From: an uncultured Candidatus Saccharibacteria bacterium
GTDB lineage: Bacteria > Patescibacteriota > Minisyncoccia > Phycocordibacterales > UBA5272
Assembly: GCA_964517625.1 (NCBI GenBank)
Contig: CAZFBW010000003.1
Span: 46,107 to 110,106, forward strand
Direction: 5' to 3'
Length of the DNA: 64,000 nt
In this document: positions 47,898 to 56,918 of the stretch, piece by piece
Position numbering within the stretch: the first letter of the stretch is position 1
How the letters are laid out: every line of letters starts with the position of its first letter
Translations under genes and position numbers: made by a program
The notes under the pieces: generated by a model
Database searches by the model: none
Told to the model about the DNA's origin: nothing
The model's input: the letters and a program-made list of their open reading frames with translations, nothing else

Positions 47898-48656
47898 ATG
47901 AACTCTCAATTTGAAAGGAATAACAATGAAGGAAGTAGGGGTGATTTGCGAGAACAACTTGGAAAACTTTTTGGGCGCCCCAATCCTCCAGAAGAAACAG
48001 AAGTTGTGCTCGAGAGTGCCCCTAAGATTATCCCAACCCCGCCTTCTCCTAAACGAAAAGCTCACGAAATAAGATTGTATCGCACTATGTCTAAAGCAGA
48101 ATATGAAAAATACTCCCCAGTATTAAAAAAATTTCAAACATTTATGGTTAGAGATAGGTATCGATATAATTTAGAATTGCTTGCTTTGAGAAATAAGTTA
48201 TTCGACGCCATTGAAGCTAATGATCAGAAAAGCATTCCTGATTTGCTTAAGAAATTTGAAACACAATTAGATGCGGAAATCGAAAGAGACGAGAAAGGGG
48301 ACAAGGAGAGACTGGCTTACTTTCTAAAGGTTCAAGCAACACCTAGAGATAAAGAAACTGTACTGGCTCGAAATATTTATAATGATGACAATAACCATTA
48401 TAAAAAAATCAGTCTAAAAGACGGCTCTCTTATTCAAATGACACCAGAAGAAATTGTTGCTTTTGATAAAGTAGATGACGCTGTGCATTTTAAGTATGCC
48501 GTAGCTTTCAATAAAGGGGAGGTTACAGAAGAAATGATACGAGAAAAAGACGAACTGCTTGATTTGATAGAACTATATAAGTTTGAAGAAGCAGGGAAAA
48601 AAGCAGATGCATTTTTGCAGAAGCACCACAGTGTTTTCTTTGGAATTAAAGAATAA
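47898..48656 (+). CDS. hypothetical charged helical protein
   Basis: 252-aa ORF, no recognised motif. Confidence 0.6.
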   Translation: MNSQFERNNNEGSRGDLREQLGKLFGRPNPPEETEVVLESAPKIIPTPPSPKRKAHEIRLYRTMSKAEYEKYSPVLKKFQTFMVRDRYRYNLELLALRNKLFDAIEANDQKSIPDLLKKFETQLDAEIERDEKGDKERLAYFLKVQATPRDKETVLARNIYNDDNNHYKKISLKDGSLIQMTPEEIVAFDKVDDAVHFKYAVAFNKGEVTEEMIREKDELLDLIELYKFEEAGKKADAFLQKHHSVFFGIKE

Positions 48657-48739
48657 GTATATTACTAAAAAATTAGTTTGCAGTTTAGTGTTAAGTCCTG
48701 TAGGATTGCATGAGATTCTTTCAATCAAAGAGGTGATAC

Positions 48740-49114
48740 ATGTCTGGAAAATGTTCTTGGGTTTTAGTTTTTCATCACGGTATTGAACATGCAAAAGATG
48801 ATCCCGATTTCGGTAGAAAATTTGCTGACGCAATTCTTTCTTCCAGACGAGGACATGAAACAATAATTCCAGTTTCAGCTCACTCAGTTGCACACAAAGG
48901 ATCAGCAACGGTTGGGGTGGTGGTAGGAAATTATTTTAGTGGCGACACGCATACGCAAATTGCTATTTCTGAAAAAGGAACTCCGTGGCTTGCTAATGGT
49001 TATGGCAGGCCAGCGTGGTCAACCCTCACGAAAGCAGATGCGATGTATCAGTTGTTTGGTAATCCGAAACCGCGAATCTCGGTCGAAAAACCAATTTCAA
49101 AAATTGAAAAATGA
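48740..49114 (+). CDS. hypothetical protein
   Basis: GAGGTG SD; terminator follows. Confidence 0.6.
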   Translation: MSGKCSWVLVFHHGIEHAKDDPDFGRKFADAILSSRRGHETIIPVSAHSVAHKGSATVGVVVGNYFSGDTHTQIAISEKGTPWLANGYGRPAWSTLTKADAMYQLFGNPKPRISVEKPISKIEK

Positions 49115-49157
49115 GAAACCGCAGACGAGAGTCTGCGGTTGTTTTTTTGTTTCCGAT

Positions 49158-49481
49158 TTAGGCCACATCGGAAAGGATATACATTCGCTTATTGTAGACG
49201 ATATAAATTCCCGGAGGGAAGATGATATTGTCATAGACTGCGATGCCATAGTTCCCGTCTTTGGACTTTTCTGGCATGAATTCCATTTTTCCAAGCGACA
49301 AATGCCAATGATGGCGCTTGTAGAAGAATCCCCAGCCTTTTTTCTTAGCAATTTTGGCTATTCTTTTACGGAAGTCACGTTTGTATGCTTTTTGTGAGGC
49401 GAGGGAGCCAACAGTATTTCTGCGCGCTTGCGCAACCAACTTACGAAGTTCTTTCGGTAACTGTGGGTAGGCTGTTTTCAT
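49158..49481 (-). CDS. basic hypothetical protein (paralog of 49690-50034)
   Basis: P.LP..R...AKKK.W...R..W.L...PG.YIV shared. Confidence 0.6.
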   Translation of the reverse strand: MKTAYPQLPKELRKLVAQARRNTVGSLASQKAYKRDFRKRIAKIAKKKGWGFFYKRHHWHLSLGKMEFMPEKSKDGNYGIAVYDNIIFPPGIYIVYNKRMYILSDVA

Positions 49482-49678
49482 GGGTTCTCCTTCTTCAAAG
49501 TTTTCGCAAGTTGACGCTGTACGCTTCCTACAAGTTTTTGTTTTTGACGGATCCTTCTTCTTGCTTCACGAATTTGATGTTGCAAGTCTTTTATAAGAAT
49601 TTCTTCGCCCGCCACAGACCTTGTATCTAGACCGCGAACCTCAAAAAGACCACTACCTGTTTTTACAACTTTGACCAT
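49478..49678 (-). CDS. small basic coiled-coil protein
   Basis: AAGGAGGTGA SD before ATG 49678; ATGA overlap with the next gene. Confidence 0.6.
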   Translation of the reverse strand: MVKVVKTGSGLFEVRGLDTRSVAGEEILIKDLQHQIREARRRIRQKQKLVGSVQRQLAKTLKKENP

Positions 49679-49689
49679 TGTCACCTCCT

Positions 49690-50034
49690 TTAGATATTAG
49701 GAATGACACGATGTAATTTGCCTTCTCGTGTGACGATGTAGTACCCAGGTTTCAAAGGGACGGTGGTAATCGTTACCGGAATAAGATCCCCCTCGTTCCA
49801 GAGATAACCAAGTGTTCCTTGGTGCACAGGTAACTTCCACCTACGACGCATGTGTAAAATTTTCCACTTCTTTTTCTTTGCTTCTTTTTTTAAAAGTTTT
49901 ACCCACGCCTGCATTGTGTATGCGCGTGCACGTGATGGAAGTTCGGGAATACGTCCCGTGGCAACCAGTTTTGATACAAGTGGCGCTAGTTTTTCACGAC
50001 AATCGAATTTGTTTTTTGGAAAGATAATTTCCAC
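49690..50034 (-). CDS. basic hypothetical protein (paralog of 49158-49481)
   Basis: AAGGAGG SD, GTG start. Confidence 0.6.
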   Translation of the reverse strand: MEIIFPKNKFDCREKLAPLVSKLVATGRIPELPSRARAYTMQAWVKLLKKEAKKKKWKILHMRRRWKLPVHQGTLGYLWNEGDLIPVTITTVPLKPGYYIVTREGKLHRVIPNI

Positions 50035-50175
50035 TCGCCCCTCCTTAATTGAGCATCTAGTAAAAATCCTACCACCAACAGTGCTCTCTACCTAGTTTTT
50101 GATACTTTATCCTTATTTTTAAAGGACTTTTAAGTGGGAGATATCCACAGTTTGGTGTAGCATTTGGAGACTAAA

Positions 50176-50210
50176 GTGGGGTATAATGTATTGCAGTGGG
50201 GCATTGTGGG
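50176..50210 (+). promoter_or_regulatory. mraZ promoter with MraZ-binding GTGGG repeats
   Basis: GTGGG at 50176, 50196 and 50206 (10-bp register) around TATAAT 50182-87. Confidence 0.75.
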
Positions 50211-50231
50211 AGAAACGCTCCAAATAACAAA

Positions 50232-50666
50232 ATGTTAATCGGCCAGTACACACACGAACTCGATCCAAAAAAGCGCTTAACGCTGCCTGCTAAGTGGCGC
50301 AAAGACCTCGGAAAGAAGGTTGTGATTACTAATGGCCTCGATAGTTCATTATTTATTTTTACGGAAAAGGAGTGGAATACCATTGCACAAAAGCTCGCAC
50401 AGACCGGCTTTGGGAACGCCGACTCGCGAAGCTTTAATCGCGTCATGCTCGCACACGCTTTTGAAGTCGACATTGACGCTGCTGGACGTATTCTCATTCC
50501 TGACCCGCTCAAGGAATCTGCTCATCTCACATCTAAAGTTGTTCTTGCTGGAATGTATTCACGCATTGAACTTTGGGATGAAGAGGGTTGGAAGAAATAT
50601 TCGGCAAAAGCTTTGGGAGAAGCTGATGCTCTTGCTTCCAAACTAAGCGACCTAGGAATGCTCTAA
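50232..50666 (+). CDS. mraZ: transcriptional regulator MraZ
   Basis: MLIGQY.H.LD.K.RL.LP, D..GRILIP, RIELW. Confidence 0.96.
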   Translation: MLIGQYTHELDPKKRLTLPAKWRKDLGKKVVITNGLDSSLFIFTEKEWNTIAQKLAQTGFGNADSRSFNRVMLAHAFEVDIDAAGRILIPDPLKESAHLTSKVVLAGMYSRIELWDEEGWKKYSAKALGEADALASKLSDLGML

Positions 50667-50752
50667 ACAACATTATGAACATTGCCTTCTCAACAATTTT
50701 TTACCGTCTTCCTACTTCGACCAGTAAGAAGACTAATACTAAAACGCAAACC

Positions 50753-51649
50753 ATGGAACACACTCCTGTACTCTTACGCGAAACAATCGAAGGCCTTGCT
50801 CTTAAGAAGGGAGGTGTTTACGTTGACTGCACCGTTAATCGTGGAGGCCACAGTGTGGAGATTGCAAAAGTAATCGGCAAAAACGGCACGCTTATTTGTA
50901 TCGACCTTGACCAGGACGCACTTTCACAAGCAAAGGAGAGACTTGAAGCAATTAAACGCGGAGCACCAACGCTTCATTTTGTGCATTCAAACTACCGTCA
51001 TCTGATGAGTATTTTGAAGAAATTAAATATCGATAAAGTCGATGGCATTGTTGCTGACCTCGGGCTTTCATCACAGGAACTTGAAAGTTCAAAGCGTGGA
51101 TTTTCTTTCCTTCGTGAGGAACCACTCCAAATGACATTTGATGCGCACCCAACAGAAGATATGACAACTGCGTTTGACATTGTGAATTTCTGGAGCGAAT
51201 CAACCATTGCTGACGTGTTGTTTGGGTTTGCTGATGAACGTTATGCAAAGCGTATTGCAAATAGAATTGTGGAAGCTCGTACGAAAGAACCAATCAAGAC
51301 CACAACACAATTGGTTGCGATTATCGAACAAGCTGTTCCAGTTATGTATCGCCACAAGAAAACACACTGTGCAACAAAAACATTCCAAGCGCTTCGTATG
51401 GCGGTCAATGATGAATTAGGAAGCATTGAAGAATTACTCACCACGGTTCCCGATGTGCTATCTCACGGTGGACGATTTGCGGTCATTACTTTTCATAGTA
51501 CGGAGGACAGACTTGTGAAAAAAGGATTACGAGCACAGGCGGGCACGATGACCATGATTAACAAGAAAGCCATTATTCCAAGTGACGAAGAAATGAGTAA
51601 CAACCCCCGGTCACGCAGTGCTCAGTTACGAATCGCAGAAAGAAAATAA
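50753..51649 (+). CDS. rsmH: 16S rRNA m4C1402 methyltransferase
   Basis: HTPVLL.E, DLGLSS, RGFSF, FQALRMAVNDEL, FHSTEDR, NPRSRSA.LR. Confidence 0.96.
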   Translation: MEHTPVLLRETIEGLALKKGGVYVDCTVNRGGHSVEIAKVIGKNGTLICIDLDQDALSQAKERLEAIKRGAPTLHFVHSNYRHLMSILKKLNIDKVDGIVADLGLSSQELESSKRGFSFLREEPLQMTFDAHPTEDMTTAFDIVNFWSESTIADVLFGFADERYAKRIANRIVEARTKEPIKTTTQLVAIIEQAVPVMYRHKKTHCATKTFQALRMAVNDELGSIEELLTTVPDVLSHGGRFAVITFHSTEDRLVKKGLRAQAGTMTMINKKAIIPSDEEMSNNPRSRSAQLRIAERK

Positions 51650-51682
51650 ACAAGGAAAACATTACACATAACTAACAAAACC

Positions 51683-52009
51683 ATGAAACAACAAATCACA
51701 ATCTACAAAACCATGACGCTTCGTGAACGAATTGTTAATACCATGCTTGTAACGTTTGTGGTGTTGGTTGTTGTGTATGGAATGATTCTCCTTTCTCTTG
51801 TCTTTTCTGTGATTGAACGCAAGCAAGCTCTTGCTTCCACAAAAGACATTATTTCTTCATTAAGTTCTGTGGAAACAAAGTATGCTTCAACCATTGCAAA
51901 CATTAATGATACAGTGCTAGCCGAAAAGGGATTTGCTCGTCTTGATGGTACAACGCTTACGGTTCGCAAAGATCCAATCGCCGGGTATACTGTGCTCTAT
52001 GAGCGTTAA
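51683..52009 (+). CDS. FtsL-like bitopic protein
   Basis: TM plus coiled coil between rsmH and ftsI. Confidence 0.6.
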   Translation: MKQQITIYKTMTLRERIVNTMLVTFVVLVVVYGMILLSLVFSVIERKQALASTKDIISSLSSVETKYASTIANINDTVLAEKGFARLDGTTLTVRKDPIAGYTVLYER

Positions 52010-53744
52010 TGGCGCACCGCAAATAACGGAAGCCCAGGAACTGCGTTCTATCTTTAGAGCGCAGTTCTTGTCTCTTTTTTGGTTGCTTCTTTTAGTCATT
52101 ATTCTTGGACGGGTTGTCTATATTCAGGTCTTTAAACACACATACTATACCGACTTGGCGGATAAACAGTACATTGCTAAAACACCGTCATCATTTGACC
52201 GCGGGTCTATCTTTTTTAAAAATCAAAATGGTGACATGGTATCTGCGGCCAAGCTTTCCTCGGTGTACCGCGTAGCCATTGACCCAACACGAATTGAAAA
52301 TAAAGAAGAAGTTTTTAAGATTCTTTCTGAAAAGATTGAACTTTCTTCCGAGACCTTTTTTACTAAAGCCTCAAAAGAAAATGATCCATACGAAGAAATT
52401 GCTGTAAATGTACCAGAAGATACGGCTACATTTTTGGAAAAGAAAAAAATTAAAGGAGTACTTTTTATTAAAGACAACAAGCGCTCGTACCCACAAGCAA
52501 CGGTTGGTTCTCAGGTGCTTGGTTTTGTTGGAAGTGATGGCTATAACGTGCGCGGGCAATATGGTGTTGAAAAATATTATGATGACGTACTGGCGCGAAG
52601 CAAGGATGAGAAAACCATTAATTTTTTTGCAGAACTTTTTGCTGACATCGATACCAATCTTGTTTCAAATACTGATGCACGCGTGGGAGATGTTGTGCTT
52701 ACCATTGATTCTGAAGTTGAACGCTTGCTCCATAAGACGCTTGTGGAAACAAAAGCAGAATGGCGTTCAGAAATTATTGGGGGAATTGTTATGGACCCGA
52801 AAACAGGTGCAATCATTGCAATGGACGCATTGCCATCATTTGACCCGAATGATTTTTCGCAAGTCGAAAGTCAAAGTGTGTATCGCAATCCGCTTGTTTC
52901 AAGTGTGTATGAAATGGGAAGTATTATTAAACCGCTCACTATGGCCTCCGCACTTGATGCTGGCGCAGTAAACGAAGAGACAACATACTACGACACGGGA
53001 TTTCGTGATTTGAATAATTACAAAGTACGCAACTACGACGAGAAAGCGCGTGGAACAACAAAGATGCAAACAATTCTTGATAAATCACTTAACGTGGGTA
53101 TTGTCTTTTTAGTTGAAAGTTTAGGGACAAAACGTTTTCAAGAATATTTTAAAAAATTTGGTCTTGGTGAAGAAACAGGAATTGATTTGCCGGGAGAATC
53201 TGCTGGACTTATTAAAAATTTGAAAAGTAATGTGTTGGTTGATAGTGCAACCGCTGGATTCGGCCAGGGTATTGCCATCACACCGATTCAAACTATTCGT
53301 GCACTCTCTGCGCTTGGTAATGGTGGATATTTACCGGCACCGCACGTGGTTGAACGTATCAACTATAAAAATGGCACCGTGAAAGCAATTATTCCAGACC
53401 AAGGAGAAATGATACTTCAAAAAGGAACAAGTGAACGTATTACACGCATGCTTGTACACGTTGTTGATACCGCACTTAAGGATGGCGCATATAAAATGCC
53501 CCATTACACAATTGCCGCAAAAACGGGCACAGCACAGATGGTAAAACCGGGAGCGGGATACTACGATGATAGGTACTTACACTCGTTCTTTGGCTATTTT
53601 CCGGCCTATGAGCCACGGTACATTGTTTTCCTCTTCCATACGTATCCAAAAGGGGCTGAGTATGCATCCGCAACACTCACTGACCCATTTTTCAAAATTG
53701 TGAAGTTTTTGATTTCGTATTATCAAATTCCACCGGATAGATAG
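51999..53744 (+). CDS. ftsI: penicillin-binding protein 3 (FtsI-like)
   Basis: EMGSIIKP, SLN, KTGTAQ; dcw synteny. Confidence 0.9.
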   Translation: MSVNGAPQITEAQELRSIFRAQFLSLFWLLLLVIILGRVVYIQVFKHTYYTDLADKQYIAKTPSSFDRGSIFFKNQNGDMVSAAKLSSVYRVAIDPTRIENKEEVFKILSEKIELSSETFFTKASKENDPYEEIAVNVPEDTATFLEKKKIKGVLFIKDNKRSYPQATVGSQVLGFVGSDGYNVRGQYGVEKYYDDVLARSKDEKTINFFAELFADIDTNLVSNTDARVGDVVLTIDSEVERLLHKTLVETKAEWRSEIIGGIVMDPKTGAIIAMDALPSFDPNDFSQVESQSVYRNPLVSSVYEMGSIIKPLTMASALDAGAVNEETTYYDTGFRDLNNYKVRNYDEKARGTTKMQTILDKSLNVGIVFLVESLGTKRFQEYFKKFGLGEETGIDLPGESAGLIKNLKSNVLVDSATAGFGQGIAITPIQTIRALSALGNGGYLPAPHVVERINYKNGTVKAIIPDQGEMILQKGTSERITRMLVHVVDTALKDGAYKMPHYTIAAKTGTAQMVKPGAGYYDDRYLHSFFGYFPAYEPRYIVFLFHTYPKGAEYASATLTDPFFKIVKFLISYYQIPPDR

Positions 53745-53796
53745 TCAGTAGTTTGATAGCTGCTAGTTCGTAGGCGGCATATGTTAGTATGTGTAT

Positions 53797-54612
53797 ATGA
53801 AAGGTAAGATTCCACAAAATCAAAAACCAGCGATTAATAATCATAAACCCACAGAAACTTCGTGGGGCAATGTCGCATCGTGGTACGATACGCACTTAGA
53901 AAAAACCGGGGACACGTATCATGAAAAAGTGGTGTATCCTAATCTCGCGCGCTTGCTTGGTGATGTAAAAGGCAAACATGTGCTTGATCTCGCGTGTGGG
54001 CAGGGCCAGTTTTCACGATTACTTGCAGAGGCAGGGGCATCCGTCATTGGTGTTGATGTAGGGAAGGCCCTACTTGATATTGCAGAAAAGAAAAATAAAC
54101 CCTACAAGTTTAAAATTTTTTATTACAACACGGCGTCTCATGATTTGTATATGATTAAAGATGGTACACAAGACATTGTTGTTTGTGTGCTTGCGCTTCA
54201 AAATATTGAAAACTTACAGGAAACCTTGAAAGAAGTTTCGCGTGTGCTTGCAAAAGACGGAACATTTGTATGTGTGCTCAACCACCCAAGCTTCCGTATT
54301 CCACGCGGAAGCGGTTGGGGATACAACGAGCACGAACAAGTGCAGTATCGTCGCATCGAAAGTTATCTTTCAGAAGCAAAAGTAAAAATTGACATGACAC
54401 CAGGAAGCACAACGGATAAAAAATTTACGTACTCATTTCATCGTCCGCTTCAGGTGTATGTAAAGGCCTTTGCAAAAAACCACCTCGCAATCACTCGTCT
54501 TGAAGAGTGGGAATCGCACCGTAAAAGTGAAAAGGGGCCAAAGCAAAAAGTGGAAGATAAAGCACGAAAAGAAATTCCGTTGTTTATGTGTATTGAGTGT
54601 AGAAAGATATAA
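53797..54612 (+). CDS. class I SAM-dependent methyltransferase
   Basis: VLDLACGQG, NHP.FR, FHRPL. Confidence 0.9.
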   Translation: MKGKIPQNQKPAINNHKPTETSWGNVASWYDTHLEKTGDTYHEKVVYPNLARLLGDVKGKHVLDLACGQGQFSRLLAEAGASVIGVDVGKALLDIAEKKNKPYKFKIFYYNTASHDLYMIKDGTQDIVVCVLALQNIENLQETLKEVSRVLAKDGTFVCVLNHPSFRIPRGSGWGYNEHEQVQYRRIESYLSEAKVKIDMTPGSTTDKKFTYSFHRPLQVYVKAFAKNHLAITRLEEWESHRKSEKGPKQKVEDKARKEIPLFMCIECRKI

Positions 54613-54654
54613 AGTAAAAAGAGCGATGCCTATCGCATCGCTCCCAACTATTTG

Positions 54655-55077
54655 TTAGTCTTTAAACCACACCCTTGTGGGTGGGATAACGAGAGTGTCA
54701 CTACCCACCAATTTAATGAGGTCTTTGGAAAAAACACGAATATTTCCCTGAATTGAATTCGGGTACCACCAAGATATTAATTTATCGATTTTTTCTGGAC
54801 GCATTCCCACAACAACCGTAGAGTATGTCCTGCTTGAACCGAACCCAATTTCTCTGAACTCAACTAGCTTAGAGTCGCCTTCGAGTTGAGAATCATTGCC
54901 CCAATCTATTTCATTAGGGCAAAACCCACCAACATTTTTGTGAGGAGGAATTGGCATTTCTTTAAACAAGTGGTCCCAATCTGGTGTAAGCATGACTTCC
55001 CAAAGAAATTTTACTGCCAATGAAATATTTCTCGGGAGCTTGCTTTTTGTGTATCCAGGTTTTACGACTGACAGCAT
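54655..55077 (-). CDS. hypothetical protein, tandem paralog A
   Basis: WDHLF..P..F.PN..EGD..V.F.E..V..G.R.E.I..W.P.SI shared with 55224-55631. Confidence 0.7.
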   Translation of the reverse strand: MLSVVKPGYTKSKLPRNISLAVKFLWEVMLTPDWDHLFKEMPIPPHKNVGGFCPNEIDWGNDSQLEGDSKLVEFREIGFGSSRTYSTVVVGMRPEKIDKLISWWYPNSIQGNIRVFSKDLIKLVGSDTLVIPPTRVWFKD

Positions 55078-55223
55078 ATAAACCTCCGTAAAGGACAGTT
55101 ACATCACAACGCGTAAAGCGTATAGATGACACACCAGGATTGGTGTGTCATTGTACACTACAAATAAAAAAGATATATGTCAAAAATAAAAGGGCGATGT
55201 TGTAGACATCGCCCCTTTCGTTA

Positions 55224-55631
55224 TCATTCCACTTTTTCTTCCACTTTTGTTGCTTCCACCAAAAGGCGACGAGTATTGTATTCTTGTGCGAGCTGTTTGT
55301 TGTGCACGACCAGGTCCATCTTGATGGAGCTGGGGTTCCAAAAATCAAAACCGACGATTGGTTCTTTGCGCACCCCAATGGTGACTATTGACCCAGTTTT
55401 CTTTTCAAGAAACATCACTACCTCAGTGTCGCCTTCGCAAATTTCTCCCAACCCCTCGATGACTACATTCGGACGAAATGAAAGCATGTTAGGGAGAAGA
55501 GGGCACGGAAACAAGTGATCCCACATATTGGTGTGAAAGACCTGTGCCAAGAATTCCTCTGCATGTACCACCGCAGGAGATTTCTCGGTTTTGGTGAGAC
55601 TTCCTTTTTTCTTGGTGTTGGAACGGGGCAT
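55224..55631 (-). CDS. hypothetical protein, tandem paralog B
   Basis: same motifs as paralog A; GGAGG SD. Confidence 0.7.
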   Translation of the reverse strand: MPRSNTKKKGSLTKTEKSPAVVHAEEFLAQVFHTNMWDHLFPCPLLPNMLSFRPNVVIEGLGEICEGDTEVVMFLEKKTGSIVTIGVRKEPIVGFDFWNPSSIKMDLVVHNKQLAQEYNTRRLLVEATKVEEKVE

Positions 55632-55788
55632 GGAATACCTCCGTAAAGAACGGTTGATATTTAGGCATCTACTAATGTTGAATTCTGTAGTATTTGTATC
55701 ATATTGTCAATAAATGTTTTTTATGTTTTCTTGATTCCCCAACTAGTGAAAGTTAGGTTTTTGTGCGACATGATATAATAAAGCGCAT

Positions 55789-56445
55789 ATGAAATTATTG
55801 CCAAAATCATTAGATACCCCACAGATGAAGCTTGTGTTTGGATTAGTAGCCGTTATTGTGCTTGTGCTCGCATATTATTTTTATGTAACAAGTAAGGGTG
55901 TAGTTGAAACAACACCCGCAATAGAAGTAACACAGACTGATCATGTTCGTGGAAATCAAACCGCAAAAGTAACCTTGATTGAATTCGCGGATTTCCAATG
56001 TCCGGCATGTGCTGCATACGAAGGTCTTGTTCAAAAAGTGCTTGCTGATAATGCACAAGACGTGAAGCTTGTTTTCCGTCATTTCCCACTCATTCAGATT
56101 CACCCAAATGCACTTCTTGCTGCTAAAGCATCTGAAGCTGCTGCTCTTCAAGGAAAGTTTTGGGAAATGCACGACATGTTGTATGCAAAGCAACAAGAGT
56201 GGTCAAGTTCTGCAAGCGCTAAGGCGCTCATGGTTGGATACGCTTCTTTACTTAACCTAAGTGTAAAACAATTTGAAGCGGATCTTACAAGCGAAGCAGT
56301 AGAGAAAAAAATTATGGCGGAATATCAAGAAGCGATGCGTTTGAAAGTACCAGGTACACCAACCTTTTTCTTAAACGGCAAAATGATTGAAAGTCCTCGT
56401 TCTCCAGAAGAATTTACAAAATTAATTCAAGAAGCAGCAAAATAA
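55789..56445 (+). CDS. DsbA/thioredoxin_4 family oxidoreductase
   Basis: EFADFQCPAC, FRHFPL, GKFWEMHD, GTPTFFLNG. Confidence 0.93.
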   Translation: MKLLPKSLDTPQMKLVFGLVAVIVLVLAYYFYVTSKGVVETTPAIEVTQTDHVRGNQTAKVTLIEFADFQCPACAAYEGLVQKVLADNAQDVKLVFRHFPLIQIHPNALLAAKASEAAALQGKFWEMHDMLYAKQQEWSSSASAKALMVGYASLLNLSVKQFEADLTSEAVEKKIMAEYQEAMRLKVPGTPTFFLNGKMIESPRSPEEFTKLIQEAAK

Positions 56446-56591
56446 CATGTTCAAAGATTTTTTTATCAAGCAAGTCGACGACCGTTGAGGGAGGAAGATG
56501 TCGTAAGCCAGTAGGCGTCGACCAGTAAAACAAAGATAATTTAACCACCAAAATAAAAATAACATGTTCAAAGATTTTTTTATCAAGCAAG
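56439..56591 (+). repeat. 36-bp direct repeat of a gene start, first copy interrupted by a 48-bp palindromic insert
   Basis: AAAATAACATGTTCAAAGATTTTTTTATCAAGCAAG at 56439-74 and 56556-91; GTCGACG...CGTCGAC at 56474-56522. Confidence 0.9.
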
Positions 56592-56791
56592 CAGTAAAAT
56601 ATGGTTCAAAAAATTTGCCGAAAGATCAGCAAGAAATGCTTCAGCACGCCGTAGAAAAAGATCCAAAACTTTTTGAAAAAATTGCAAAGGAAATTGATGT
56701 ACTCAAAAAGCAGGGAAAGCCAGAAATGTATGCAAGTCTGGATGTGATGAAGAAGTATCAGAAGGAACTTCAAGAATTGTTTAAAAAGTAA
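56564..56791 (+). CDS. small conserved helical hypothetical protein
   Basis: P.DQQEM....VEKDP.LFEKIA.EI....K.GK..M.A...VM.KY pattern. Confidence 0.7.
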   Translation: MFKDFFIKQAVKYGSKNLPKDQQEMLQHAVEKDPKLFEKIAKEIDVLKKQGKPEMYASLDVMKKYQKELQELFKK

Positions 56792-56918
56792 AAAATAGAA
56801 ACTTTTTTGTTTTTTCATCGTTTTGCCCTGAGGCATATTTTCTGTTACTATTGACGGCAGTTAGTTCTATATATACAAGCAAAATCCCAACGAAACTAAG
56901 CACACCAAGGAGAACAAC

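Noticed and set aside
56439-56591. 36-bp repeat pair as a mini CRISPR array
   Set aside because: There are only two copies, and the repeat is the coding start of the adjacent gene.
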